In this document: one piece after another, positions 36,582 through 47,500 of the stretch | Numbering within the stretch: position 1 is the first letter of the stretch | How the letters are laid out: every line of letters starts with the position of its first letter | Assembly: GCA_965203175.1 (NCBI GenBank) | Contig: OZ241867.1 | Location: 6,272,001-6,336,000, forward strand | DNA length: 64,000 nucleotides | DNA from: Candidatus Latescibacterota bacterium | GTDB taxonomy: Bacteria > Latescibacterota > UBA2968 > UBA8231 | Direction: 5' to 3' | Notes under the pieces: model-generated | Told to the model about the DNA's origin: nothing | The model's input: the letters and a program-made list of their open reading frames with translations, nothing else | Databases searched by the model: none | Made by a program: the position numbers and the translations under genes

Positions 36582-37631
36582 TTAACCGAAGAATACCGTC
36601 GCTAAATCGTATAGCTCTTGGTCCACCACCTTGATCTGATTGACCGCGTCGGCCAGTGGGATCGCCACGATTTCATTGCCTTGCAGACTCACCATCTTGC
36701 CGAAATCGCCTGCGTGCACCAAGTCGATGGCGGCAATGCCAAAGCGCGTGCCCAAGACGCGGTCGAAGGCCGTGGGCGTCCCCCCGCGCTGCAAGTGCCC
36801 GAGCACCGTAACCCGCGTCTCGTAACTCGTTGCCTCCTCGACCGCGTTGGCGACGAGTTGGCCGATTCCACCCAGCTTGACGTGGCCGAATTCGTCGAGC
36901 CCTCCCTCAGAGACCACGTATTCGTTTTCCTTGCCTTCCGCTGAGATCTGTGCCCCCTCGGCCACTACCACGATCGAAAAATCCTTGCCGCGCTCGTGTC
37001 GTTTGCGGATAGTGCTGACGATTTCCTCGATGGTGTATTTCTGCTCGGGGATGAGGATCATATCCGCGCCACCGGCCAAGCCAGCGTACAGGGCAATCCA
37101 ACCGCTGTGTCGCCCCATGACCTCAATGACCATCACTCGGTTGTGGGATTCAGCCGTGGTGTGAATCCGATCGATGGCTTCGGTGACGATATTGACCGCG
37201 GTGTCAAAACCAAAAGTGTAGTCCGTGCCGCTCAGGTCGTTGTCGATGGTCTTGGGCACGCCTATGACTGGCACGCCCATACTCGCCAGCTTGTTGGCAA
37301 CCCCGAGTGTGTCCTCGCCACCGATGGCCACGAGCGCGTCTAACTTCATCCGCCGCATGTTATCAATGACGATTTCACCGCCATCTTCCTCTTTGAACGG
37401 GTTGGTTCGCGACGTGCCGAGGATGGTACCGCCCTTGGGCAAAATACCGGAAATTTCCTCCGGGCCCAAAGGCTCCCAGTCGCACTCCATCATTCCTTTC
37501 CAGCCCTTGAGAATGCCGCGAAAGCGGTATCGGTACGCAGTAATGCCCTTGCGCACCACAGCGCGAATGACGGCGTTAAGGCCCGGACAGTCGCCTCCTC
37601 CGGTCAATATGCCGATCGTCTTTTCGGCCAT
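36582..37631 (-). CDS. pfkA: 6-phosphofructokinase (PfkA family, likely PPi-dependent)
   Basis: TGGGDCPGLNA, GGEDT, PKTIDND, EVMGR, LGHLQRGG. Confidence 0.92.
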   Translation of the reverse strand: MAEKTIGILTGGGDCPGLNAVIRAVVRKGITAYRYRFRGILKGWKGMMECDWEPLGPEEISGILPKGGTILGTSRTNPFKEEDGGEIVIDNMRRMKLDALVAIGGEDTLGVANKLASMGVPVIGVPKTIDNDLSGTDYTFGFDTAVNIVTEAIDRIHTTAESHNRVMVIEVMGRHSGWIALYAGLAGGADMILIPEQKYTIEEIVSTIRKRHERGKDFSIVVVAEGAQISAEGKENEYVVSEGGLDEFGHVKLGGIGQLVANAVEEATSYETRVTVLGHLQRGGTPTAFDRVLGTRFGIAAIDLVHAGDFGKMVSLQGNEIVAIPLADAVNQIKVVDQELYDLATVFFG

Positions 37632-37720
37632 ATTCGGACTCCTTGGCTCGCGGCCAATTCTGAGTACAGCTTGGAGTATGGGGGATTCCAAAAGCGCCTA
37701 AATGTAGGATCTTATTAGAA

Positions 37721-38398
37721 TTAGGTCAATAGATTGCCCGCGCCCGAGTGTGCCAAGACAACCGCCCACAGGCGGTCGCTCTCCACGGCTTGAGCACAAG
37801 CAACCATGGTCTCTCCGGTCGTCCACACGTCATCTACTATCCCGATCCGAACGCTTGCGGGCAACGCGGCCACGGGCGCAAAGGCACCGCGGAGATTGGC
37901 GCGGCGTTCCTCTGCCGACAAAAAGGCTTGCTGCCGAGTATTTCTCTGCCGGCGCACGACCCCGTGGCACACGGGCACGCCGAGCGCGGCTCCCAAGCCA
38001 GCGGCGATTTCCACGCTCTGATTGAATCCGCGCTCCCGCTGCCGAGCCGGGTGCAAGGGCACGGGCAACAAGCAGTCCAGCGGAGCGAGTTGCTCAGCCA
38101 AGCACTGTCCCATGCGCTCTCCCAATGCCCTCCCTAGCCGGACTTGGTTGCGAAATTTAAGCGCGTAAATGGCCTGTTGCAGCGCACCGGTGAAAGGCCC
38201 CAAGGCGACAATCTTTTCAAAGGCACGTCCTCCGTCATCAGCACAAGGTCGCGGGTGGCGCGGCACAATCTCCGCCCAGCACGATCCGCACAGCAGCGCG
38301 GCGGCCTCAATGTCCGCTTCGCAAACCGCGCAGTGCGGCGGATAGGCAAAGTCCAACAGGGCACGACCCCATGTCTGTATTGTTTCCATTTCGCCCAC
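37721..38398 (-). CDS. comF: ComF/GntX family phosphoribosyltransferase-domain protein
   Basis: N-terminal CAVC..CGSC; PVPLH..RQRERGFNQ; VDDVWTTG. Confidence 0.85.
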   Translation of the reverse strand: MGEMETIQTWGRALLDFAYPPHCAVCEADIEAAALLCGSCWAEIVPRHPRPCADDGGRAFEKIVALGPFTGALQQAIYALKFRNQVRLGRALGERMGQCLAEQLAPLDCLLPVPLHPARQRERGFNQSVEIAAGLGAALGVPVCHGVVRRQRNTRQQAFLSAEERRANLRGAFAPVAALPASVRIGIVDDVWTTGETMVACAQAVESDRLWAVVLAHSGAGNLLT

Positions 38399-38574
38399 TC
38401 CTCGTTACCCAAAGACCACGTCATGGGTGCTCTGCATTGGTTGCGTACAACAAAGAAAAAAACGTGCCAACCCAACGCGTTGCTCGCTTCCTTGCGGACT
38501 TGCCATAATTCACTCCTTTCTCGTATTTCCGATGACCTCGTTACACAATTCACACTCCGAACAAAGGATCAATC

Positions 38575-41463
38575 ATGCCCTTGCTGTACGCGCTCTTCTT
38601 TCTCGCCTTGGCCGAGGCCCTTCCCGCTGAGTACAAACTGCTCCACGGCCCGGACCCCAAAGATCCCATGGCGGCCCATATCTACCAGTTGGACAACGGC
38701 CTGACAGTCTATTTGACTCAGAACACACAAGAGCCGCGCTTCTACGCCGAAATCGCCGTTCGCGCCGGTTCCAAGCACGACCCCCAAGATGCCACCGGCA
38801 TCGCCCATTACCTAGAGCACATGCTCTTCAAGGGCAGCCAGAAAATCGGCACCCTCGACTACGAACAAGAGCAGGTCCACCTCGACCGCATCGAGGAGCT
38901 CTACGAGCAGCACTTTGTCGAGACCGACCCAGAAAAAAGGGCCGCGATCTACGCCCAGATCAACGCCGAAAACCAACTCGCCGCGGCGTACGCCATTCCC
39001 AATGAACTCGACCGCCTCTACACCGCAATGGGCGAGCGCGGCCTCAACGCCCACACCTGGGTCGAGGAAACCGTCTATAAAGTGGAACTGCCGGCCAATC
39101 GCCTAGCGCAATGGGCCAAGGTCGAGGCCGAGCGCTTCCACGAGCCCGTCTTCCGCCTTTTCCAAACCGAGCTAGAGACCGTCTATGAGGAAAAAAACCG
39201 CTCCCTCGACAACAAGAGCCGCGTCATCCACAAAGCCGTACAGGAGCAGTTCTATAAAATCCATCCCTACCGCGTCACCACGCTAGGCACAGTAGAGCAC
39301 CTGAAAAATCCCTCGCTGGAGCGCATGTACGAGTTCTATCACACGTATTACGTGCCCAACAACATGGCCATTTTCATCTCCGGCGACATCGACATCGACG
39401 AGACCATCCAGCTCATCGACCGCGAATTTTCTCTTTGGGAGCGCAGGGAATTGCCCCCATTTCCCGACTACAAAGAGCCTGCTATCGACGGAGTGGAACG
39501 GACCGAGGTCAATTATCCCGGTGAGGAATACGTGCTGTTGGCCTTTCGCACGGCCGAGCGGTTGCACGAGAACGCCGAGACACTGCAAATCCTCGATATG
39601 ATCCTCGACAACGCCACCGCCGGGCTAATCAACCTAAATCTCAATCAGCAGCAGAAGGTGCGCGAAGCCGGCTCTTACCCTTATCTACTCAACGACTACG
39701 GTGCCCAGTACTTGTGGGGCATCCCCAAACAGGACCAAACCCTTGAGGAAGTCGAGGCTCTGCTCTTGGAGCAGATCGATCTGATCAAGGAAGGGCAATT
39801 CGAGGATTGGATCATCCCGGCCATTGTCACCGACTTCAAGAAGAGCGTAAAACAAGGGCTGGAAAACAACAATTCTCGAGTCGGCTTCATGCGCGATGCG
39901 TATCTCGGGTTCGAAGAATGGAGCCACGCGGTGCGCGCGCTCGACCGCATGGCCGAGATCGAGAAGCACGACATCGTCGAAGTCGCCAATAAGTACTTCA
40001 ACGGCGCGTATGTCGCCGGCTACCGCCGCGACGGCGAACAGGACATACCCGAGATCGCCAAGCCGCCCATCGATAAAATCGACATCGATGCCTCGCGCCA
40101 ATCGGCCTTTTTCGCCGAGGTCATGGCCATGCCCTTTGAGGAAACTGAGCCAGCGTACCTCGTGCCCGAGCGCGACTTTACCACCCGTGAACTAGCGGGC
40201 GGCAGCAAGCTCTACTACGCCCGCAACCCGCTCAACGACCTCTTCGAATTTTCCATCGCGATCGACATCGGCTCCCTAACTGAAAAGCGCCTACCCGTGG
40301 CCCGCGAACTGCTCGACAAGTCGGGCACCCCGCGCTTTTCCTCCGAAGACCTGAAAAAGGAATGGTACAAGTTAGGCACCGACTTTAGTATGAGCGTCCG
40401 AGACCAAGAAACTACGATCTCTATATCGGGCCTCGACGAAAACTTCGCCGCGTCGCTCGCACTTTTATCCGAGCTAATGCACGGCCCGACCACCGACGAC
40501 GCCACGCTCGCCGAGCTTCAGGCCATCATCATCGCTCGGCGCGACGACGCCCTCAAGGACCACCGCACCATCCACGAGGCCCTCTACCGCTACCACCGCT
40601 TAGGTGACATGGCGTACTACCGCCGGATCCCCTCCAACGAGGAAGTTCGTGCTCTAGGGCGTCAAGAACTTATCGACCTACTCAGCGGCTTGCTCTCTTA
40701 TCGCCAGACCCTCAGCTACACCGGATCGCAAACCATCGAGGACGTACAAGCCATCCTCGCCCAGCACTACCCGCTGCCTGAGTCTCCAGTAGAGCCGTCG
40801 CCCTATCAGGTGTTAGAATTTACCCAACCCGAAAAAACCCAGATCTACTTCTTTGACAAGGAAATGGCCCAAGCCCTCGTGAGGATCGAATACGTGGACG
40901 TGCCCTACCAAGCGGCGCTCGAGCCAGCAGTCGAGCTGTTCAACGACTACTTCTACGGCGGCATGGCCGGCATCGTATTCCAGGAAATTCGCGAAGCGCG
41001 CGCCCTCGCCTACTCGGTGGGTGCCCTCTACTTCAACGGCCGCGACAAAGCCGACTACAACTACATGGTCGGCGGCATGGGCACGCAAGCCGACAAGACG
41101 CCGGAAGCGGTTACGGCCTTCGTCGGCCTGCTCGACGACATTCCCTCCTCGCCCGAGCGCTTTGCCGCCGCCCAACTTTCAGTGCTCAACAAGTACCGCA
41201 CAGAACGCCTCGGCTTCCGCTCAGTACTAGGGGCTGTGCGCGGCTGGGAGCGCAAGGGGCTGACCGGCGACCCACGCTCTTGGCGCTTTGAGCAACTCCA
41301 AGCCAGCGGCCTCGACGAAGTGCTCGAATTCTACCGCCAGCACGTCCAAGGACGCCCCAAGCTGATTTCGATTACAGGCGACAAGAGCAAAATGGATCTA
41401 GAGGCGCTAGCAGCGCAGGGCGAGATCGTCGAACTCGGTTTGGAGGACCTGTTCGCTTTCTGA
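38575..41463 (+). CDS. M16 family zinc peptidase (insulinase-like), probably exported
   Basis: Inverted zinc motif HYLEH, LNAHT, YYVPNNM, EIREARALAYS; hydrophobic N-terminus. Confidence 0.9.
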   Translation: MPLLYALFFLALAEALPAEYKLLHGPDPKDPMAAHIYQLDNGLTVYLTQNTQEPRFYAEIAVRAGSKHDPQDATGIAHYLEHMLFKGSQKIGTLDYEQEQVHLDRIEELYEQHFVETDPEKRAAIYAQINAENQLAAAYAIPNELDRLYTAMGERGLNAHTWVEETVYKVELPANRLAQWAKVEAERFHEPVFRLFQTELETVYEEKNRSLDNKSRVIHKAVQEQFYKIHPYRVTTLGTVEHLKNPSLERMYEFYHTYYVPNNMAIFISGDIDIDETIQLIDREFSLWERRELPPFPDYKEPAIDGVERTEVNYPGEEYVLLAFRTAERLHENAETLQILDMILDNATAGLINLNLNQQQKVREAGSYPYLLNDYGAQYLWGIPKQDQTLEEVEALLLEQIDLIKEGQFEDWIIPAIVTDFKKSVKQGLENNNSRVGFMRDAYLGFEEWSHAVRALDRMAEIEKHDIVEVANKYFNGAYVAGYRRDGEQDIPEIAKPPIDKIDIDASRQSAFFAEVMAMPFEETEPAYLVPERDFTTRELAGGSKLYYARNPLNDLFEFSIAIDIGSLTEKRLPVARELLDKSGTPRFSSEDLKKEWYKLGTDFSMSVRDQETTISISGLDENFAASLALLSELMHGPTTDDATLAELQAIIIARRDDALKDHRTIHEALYRYHRLGDMAYYRRIPSNEEVRALGRQELIDLLSGLLSYRQTLSYTGSQTIEDVQAILAQHYPLPESPVEPSPYQVLEFTQPEKTQIYFFDKEMAQALVRIEYVDVPYQAALEPAVELFNDYFYGGMAGIVFQEIREARALAYSVGALYFNGRDKADYNYMVGGMGTQADKTPEAVTAFVGLLDDIPSSPERFAAAQLSVLNKYRTERLGFRSVLGAVRGWERKGLTGDPRSWRFEQLQASGLDEVLEFYRQHVQGRPKLISITGDKSKMDLEALAAQGEIVELGLEDLFAF

Positions 41464-41469
41464 GTCCTA

Positions 41470-41498
41470 TTGACAAAGCCCCCCCCACCGTCTAGCTT
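41470..41498 (+). promoter_or_regulatory. Putative promoter for tRNA-Met
   Basis: TTGACA-N17-TAGCTT ending 13 nt before the tRNA. Confidence 0.6.
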
Positions 41499-41511
41499 TT
41501 AAACAGGTTTT

Positions 41512-41588
41512 GGCGGCGTAGCTCAGTTGGTTAGAGCAGTGGAATCATAATCCATGGGTCGGGGGTTCGAGTCCCTTCGCCGCTACCA
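41512..41588 (+). tRNA. tRNA-Met (CAT), elongator-type
   Basis: GGCGGCGTAGCTCAGTTGGTTAGAGCAGTGGAATCATAATCCATGGGTCGGGGGTTCGAGTCCCTTCGCCGCTACCA. No C1:A72 mismatch and no GGG/CCC anticodon stem, so not initiator. Ile2 is not fully excluded. Confidence 0.9.
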
Positions 41589-41626
41589 TATTTCCCGCCG
41601 CTAACTTTGGCGGTTTGTTGTTTAAC

Positions 41627-41661
41627 ACAAGCCCCCGGGGATCATCTCCTCGGGGGCTTGT
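41627..41661. terminator. Hairpin/terminator between tRNA-Met and the convergent oxidoreductase gene
   Basis: acaagcccccgggga ... tcctcgggggcttgt, ~15-bp stem. Confidence 0.65.
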
Positions 41662-41698
41662 CGCATGTGTCGCCTAGATGATGCGGGCGAGTTGCGCC

Positions 41699-42769
41699 TC
41701 AGCCTGTTATCTCCGACAGCTCAACCTGCCGCCTTTCCTTCCCTGCCAGCTCCGCCGCCGCCAGAATCTGAACGCATTCCCTGCCGTCATACATCGTGAT
41801 CGGCATCTCCTCCCCGTTGGCTAGGGCGTCGAAGAATTTGCCGAACACGCTGTATCCCGGTGGGACGAAGCTGCGGTGGAATTCTGACAGGGGTTGCCAA
41901 GCTTCGGTTTCCCTTGTGTAGAGCATCAGCGTGGCCGGGTCGCCAAAATCCAGCTTGGTGGAGGGATGGTCGCCCCTGACCTGCACTAACGCTCCTTTGT
42001 GACCGTAGATCTCGGTGGCTAAGGGAGCCCGAGTTTCCGTCTCGCTCGTATGGAGAGTTACGAGTGGACCATTGGCGTAGCGGAAGACGGCGGCATTGTT
42101 GTCCTCGACCGGGAGTCCTTTGACACTGGAGACGCCCAGGGAAACGACGCTCTCGGGCATGCCGAACATCCACTGCATCCAGAAAGCGGAGTGGGAGCCA
42201 GCGTGGTAAAGCGAACTGCGGCCTTCCGCATCCGCGTCGAACCATGGGTCGGCGGGATCGTTCTGAATTCTCTGCGCAGCGAAATCCTGGGCGCTGTACT
42301 TGTCGTGCCCGTGGCGCCGCCGCACCTGCGCGATGGGTCCGAGCACACCGGAGTCGACGATTTCCTTCATGCGCTCATGCGCAGGGGAGAAGCGCAGGTT
42401 GTGGACGGGCATGACCTGGACACCCGCTTTCTCAGCCGCGGCGATTGCTTCGTCCGCCTGCTCGGGGGTGCGGGTGAACGGCTTCTCGACCATGCAGTGT
42501 TTGCCCGCTTCGGCGGCACGGATGATGTGTTCACCGTGAAGCTGGGTTTCCGAGGCAATGCCGACGGCATCAATGTCATCGCGGGCGAGAAGCTCATCCA
42601 GATCGGGGATGAATTCGACGCCGAAGTGATCGGCCGCGGCCTGTCCGCGCTTGGCGTCGGCGTCCCAGATTGCGATGAGATCAACGCTGTCGTGTTTCTG
42701 CGCGGCGTTGCAGATGCCGTGCGCGTGACCGAACCAAAAGGAGAGCTGGGCGAATCGGATGTTTGGCAT
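41699..42769 (-). CDS. Gfo/Idh/MocA family NAD(P)-dependent oxidoreductase
   Basis: ELLARDDIDAV, AGKHCMVEKPF, HNLRFSP, VEDN; AAGGAG RBS. Confidence 0.88.
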   Translation of the reverse strand: MPNIRFAQLSFWFGHAHGICNAAQKHDSVDLIAIWDADAKRGQAAADHFGVEFIPDLDELLARDDIDAVGIASETQLHGEHIIRAAEAGKHCMVEKPFTRTPEQADEAIAAAEKAGVQVMPVHNLRFSPAHERMKEIVDSGVLGPIAQVRRRHGHDKYSAQDFAAQRIQNDPADPWFDADAEGRSSLYHAGSHSAFWMQWMFGMPESVVSLGVSSVKGLPVEDNNAAVFRYANGPLVTLHTSETETRAPLATEIYGHKGALVQVRGDHPSTKLDFGDPATLMLYTRETEAWQPLSEFHRSFVPPGYSVFGKFFDALANGEEMPITMYDGRECVQILAAAELAGKERRQVELSEITG

Positions 42770-43003
42770 GGTTGCTCCTTGTCTCTATCGGGCGCTACCC
42801 CGACCAAGGCGGGCGGAATCCCTGAAAAATTTTCCAATGATCTCCATTTTTAGTCCAACTATCTCCAAATCAAGGCCATTTGGATTACTTGGCAAGCCGA
42901 CCTATGTGATCGTGCGCCCGCGCCTACCGGAACTTGCCGCACCGGGTTCGTTCTTTGTGTCAAGGCTTGTCTTCGAGACCTTGTAACTAATACATTCAGA
43001 CCC

Positions 43004-44578
43004 GTGATCGACGAACTGGCACAGACATACGCGCACTATGTAGCCTTGCGGCGCGAACTCTCGCTGTGGGTCGAGCAGAGCATTCGCCGCGACGGGCCGG
43101 ACCAAAACCAAGGCGGCGAGGACGAGGCTAATTTCGCGCTGGCCTTCTTTCCGCATTATCTGATCAGCGGTGACGAGCGGGTCGCGGTGCGGTTCCGCTC
43201 GCTGGCCAACGACCTCAAGGCCTGGGTTAGAGCCGAGTGCCTGCACGGGTACGAGGCCGAGGCCGAGGCCCACCACGGCACCGAGCCTTTTTTGTTGTTT
43301 CTCCCCCGCTATCTGGGACTCTTTCCCAACGACAGAGAAGCCGCCGCCCTGCTCGATGACGTAGCGCACCACATCGGCAACTGGGTCGAGGGGGTGCCCG
43401 CTTGGTACGACTGGACGCGCGATGTCTTTTTGAGCTACTGGATCGGCACGCGGACCGTCGGTGGGGCGCACGGCGCTCGCGAGTTGGCCGAGCACTTCCG
43501 CTTCTTGCACATTGCGCTGGCCGCTTGGCGCGTCACGGGCGAGGCGCGCTACCGCGACTGGGCGCTGCGCTATGGGCGCAAGCGGGCCGAGCGGTTGCTT
43601 GCGGCGGACGGACGGATGCCCGTGTTGTGGAATCTGGACGGGCGTGGATTGCAGCCGGAGGATTTTCAGACCCGCGCAGAGCAAAAGATGGCCGGCAACA
43701 ACCACCACATTGCCGACGACCCGCTCGCTGGTATCGAAAATCTGCTGGCATCGGGCGCGGTTTACGCGCTGGGCGATCTCTTTTTGCTGGAGGGCGACGA
43801 TATCTTTCGCCGCGCGGCAAAGAGAATCGTCGAGCCGCTAATCGGCCAATTGCTCGATCCCTACGCCGACCCGGCCGCGGCCGCGCTCTCCTACTATCGC
43901 CGGACCTTCGCCGATTCTTCGCTGGACGACGCGATGTGCGCGGTGCTGGCGCGACAACCCGCCGAGTCGGAAGCACCATGGGCGATGGTCTTTCCCCAAG
44001 AGCGGAAGCGTCGCGAGCCGGGGGTGGGCAAACGCAGCGACATGATCTACTGGGGCCATTGGGCGGAAGATGGCTCGGTGCAGCCCTCGCGCGAGCCGAG
44101 CACCGCGGCATTGGCGCTGGGGTATCAATTGACGGGCGAATGGACCATGGCCCGGCGGGCGCTGGGGGCGGCAGCGGCCAAATTCGCAATGGCCCGGCGG
44201 GTGTTGCGCGGCGGGCGCGAGCACGCCGATATGGGCGGGGCGATTTGCTCGGTGGCTGCGGGGCACGGGCGCAATTGGGGCTGCGGGGCGGTGACGGGTT
44301 GCTACGGGCCGCTGTTGATGGGCACGCGCGAAATACAGGGCGCGGTGGTGCCGCTGGTCGAGTGGGCCGAAGGCCATTTGCCCGAGCAGATCCTAGCGCT
44401 CTTGCAACCGCCGGTTGGTGGGCCGGGCACAGTGGTGTTTTACAATAAGGGCGAAGAGCAGCAAGCGCTGGAGTGGCGCATGGCGGGGGCGGCCGATTGG
44501 CAACGCATTGAGCTGGCTCCGAGCGAGGTGCGGGAATACCCACTGGAGACAAAAGGCGTGAGGTGGGGGACACCATGA
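43004..44578 (+). CDS. Hypothetical protein, helical, possibly an alpha/alpha-toroid enzyme
   Basis: 524-aa ORF with coding-like composition; AWRVTGEARYRDWA and YQLTGE repeats typical of (alpha/alpha) barrels; ATGA overlap with the next gene. Confidence 0.65.
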   Translation: MIDELAQTYAHYVALRRELSLWVEQSIRRDGPDQNQGGEDEANFALAFFPHYLISGDERVAVRFRSLANDLKAWVRAECLHGYEAEAEAHHGTEPFLLFLPRYLGLFPNDREAAALLDDVAHHIGNWVEGVPAWYDWTRDVFLSYWIGTRTVGGAHGARELAEHFRFLHIALAAWRVTGEARYRDWALRYGRKRAERLLAADGRMPVLWNLDGRGLQPEDFQTRAEQKMAGNNHHIADDPLAGIENLLASGAVYALGDLFLLEGDDIFRRAAKRIVEPLIGQLLDPYADPAAAALSYYRRTFADSSLDDAMCAVLARQPAESEAPWAMVFPQERKRREPGVGKRSDMIYWGHWAEDGSVQPSREPSTAALALGYQLTGEWTMARRALGAAAAKFAMARRVLRGGREHADMGGAICSVAAGHGRNWGCGAVTGCYGPLLMGTREIQGAVVPLVEWAEGHLPEQILALLQPPVGGPGTVVFYNKGEEQQALEWRMAGAADWQRIELAPSEVREYPLETKGVRWGTP

Positions 44579-47500
44579 CCCGACGCGATACTGTGTGGAT
44601 TCTTTCCTTCCTGATCTCAGGCGCTCTCGGTCTTGTCTGTTATGTCCAGTTCTTTGACCGGGCCTTTCCCGTTGCTTCACTTAACTTTCGCGTAGACCGC
44701 GAACAGGCTTATCAGGCTGCCGAAGCATATCTCCACCGCCTCGGCTACGACCTCACCGAATACGAGAGCGCTCAAGTCTTCTCCCATGCCAGCCTGCCTC
44801 AGATCTTCCTCGAACGCACCTTGGGCTTGGCCGAGGCCAACCGCCTCGTGCGGGAGTGGGTCTCGGTATGGTATTGGAACATTCGCTATTTCAAACCACT
44901 GCAGAAGGAAGAACTCCGCGTCCGCATTGATCCCGGCGGGCGCATCGTAGGGTTTACCCACAGCATCCTCGAGTCCGACGAAGGCACCAGCCTCTCAGAA
45001 GAGGATGCCCGGCACATCGCCGAGGCCTTCCTCGCCGATGTTCAGGGTTTTTCACTCGACGCCTACGAACCCATTGAGGCCTCCAGCATCGACCGCCCCA
45101 AGCGGAGGGACCACACCTTCACCTACCGCAAGAGAGACTTCGTCGTCGGGGATGATGGACACTACCGCCTGTACGTCACAGTCCAAGGGGACCGGGTGGG
45201 TAGCTTCTCCGAATACCTCAAGATCCCCGAGACCTTCTCGCGCGACTACCGCGAGATCCGCACTCGCGCTAGTCTGCTCGCCAAGGTCGCCAGAGGATTT
45301 ACCCTCGCCCTGACCATTGCCATGATCGTCGTCCTAGTGCGCAAGTATCGCCAGCGCACACTCACATGGCGCGTCGCCGTATTCATCGGCATCCTCGTGG
45401 GAGCCGTCTCCTTGCTCGGATCCATCAATGGCTATCCGCTCAGTCTGTTCGGATACGACACCATGCAGTCCTATGTCTCCTTCATTCTCAACTTCATCTT
45501 CACTGGTCTCCTCAGCGCCGCTGTTATGGCCCTCATCGTCGCCGTGTGCGGCGCGGCAGGCGGCACCATCGCGCAGGACGTAAGAGACTGGAGCAACCCC
45601 TTAGAGCGGGTTTCCCTGCGGCACTGGCGGTCGGCGAGCTTTGCACGCGTCACCCTTGTCGGTTATGGCCTAGCATTTGCCCACTTGGGTTACGTCACCC
45701 TCTTCTACATTCTGGGCAACGACTACCTCGGGGTCTGGTCGCCTGCCGCCATGACCCAATACAGCAATGCCTACAGCACGTACCTGCCTTGGATATATCC
45801 CCTCCTGACGGGGCTCGTGGCGGCCACCATGGAGGAGTTCCTCTTCCGGCTGGTGGCCATCTCCCTCCTCCTTCGCTGGTTTAAGAGAAGTTGGTTGGCC
45901 CTTCTCGTTTCCGCTGTGGTGTGGGCCTTCCTTCACGCCGACTATCCGCAGGAACCGATCTACATCCGGGGCTTGGAACTGACTATCGTGGGAATCCTCT
46001 TCGGCCTAGTCTTCCTGCGCTTCGGTGTCTGGGCGACCATCATCTCCCACTACGTGTACAACTGCTTTCTCGGCGTCTATCCTATGGTGCAGTCCGACAG
46101 CCTCTACTTCAAGGTTTCGGGCATCCTCGCTGTCGCCATCATCTCCATCCCGGCCCTTCCCGCCATCTGGAGCGCCGTCCGCGGCCGCTACGAGGACGCG
46201 CCCCTTGAACCCACTCCGGAAGCACCAAAGACCGCACCCCCGCCATCTGCCCTTCCCGCGGAGACGGAGACGCCTGAACCTCCAATCGAACGCAAGAGGC
46301 CCTCTGACTACCTCATCTCCGGCAAGGGTCTCCTCGTCTTTAGCATCCTCGGTCTGTTGGGCTGGTCTGCATACTTTGCTTTCGAACCGCGGAATTTCGC
46401 TGAATACGCACGCGAGAAGGTCCCCACCCGCGTGCAGGCTATCGAGATTGCCGAAGGGATTCGGGGACAGCTCGGACTCGACCTCGAAGGTTATCGCCGC
46501 ACCACCTCATTCTCGAGCAGTCTCGGTTCCAACCACTTTACACACCTGCTGCGAAACGCCGATGTGGCGCGGGCGGACACGCTCGCGGCGGAGCACACGG
46601 GCTCGTGGCGCTGGAGTGTGCGATGGTTCAAGCCCCTCGAAAAAGAGGAACTCACCATTAGCGTCGACGGCCACGGCGACCTCTCCTACATCTCGCATGC
46701 CGTGCCCGAGGGTCAAGAGGGTGCAGAACTCACCATTGAAGAGGCGCAGGAAGTGGCCAAGGCCTTCCTCCGCCAACACCTGAACCGGGATGTAGCTGAT
46801 ACGACGCTCTACAAGCGTCTCAATGCGCGGTCCTTCAAGCGCGAGAACCGGATGGACCACAGCTTTGTGTGGGAACGCATGGACGTCAAGGTGGAAGAGG
46901 GCGAGTTTCGCATTTTCGCCTCTGTACAGGGCGACCGGATCGGCTATGCGTACAAGGCCTACAAGGCACCCGAGGAATTTTTGCGCAAACTAGGAGAGAA
47001 GACTGCAAAGAGCACCATTGTCTCCACCCTCCCTACCATCGCCGTCATTGTCACCCTCGTCCTAGCCGTCATTCACCTACTACGCGCCTACCGAAACGGG
47101 CTGGTCAAGTGGCGATTGCCCATCGGCATCGGCATCCTCTATGGCCTGTGTTTCCTACTCGAGGATCTCAACGAACTGCCCACATTCTACCGAGGTTATG
47201 ACACCAGTGAGGTCATGGGTACCTTCCTCCTTGGCGAGCTTGTCAGTGTCGTTCAGGGCCTCGCTGGTGCGGTCATCCTCGCCCTGTTGGTCTGCGCCCT
47301 CGGAGATACGCTATACCGCGTGGAGCGTCCCGGAGAGATGCGCATCTCCGACTGGATCGATGTGCTCCGCCTGAAGGCGGGCAGCGCGGCACTGTGGTGG
47401 CAGGTCGTCTTTCTGGTGGCGTGCTATTCCGGTATCAGAAGAGGCACCGGCGTTCTCTCCGCTCACGTACATCTTACCTATCTCACAGACTACCTTTTCG

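Noticed and set aside
41578-41603. 8-bp repeat cgccgcta at and just after the tRNA-Met 3' end, considered as an att scar
   Set aside because: Too short, lies within a small terminator-like hairpin, and there is no integrase or distal copy.
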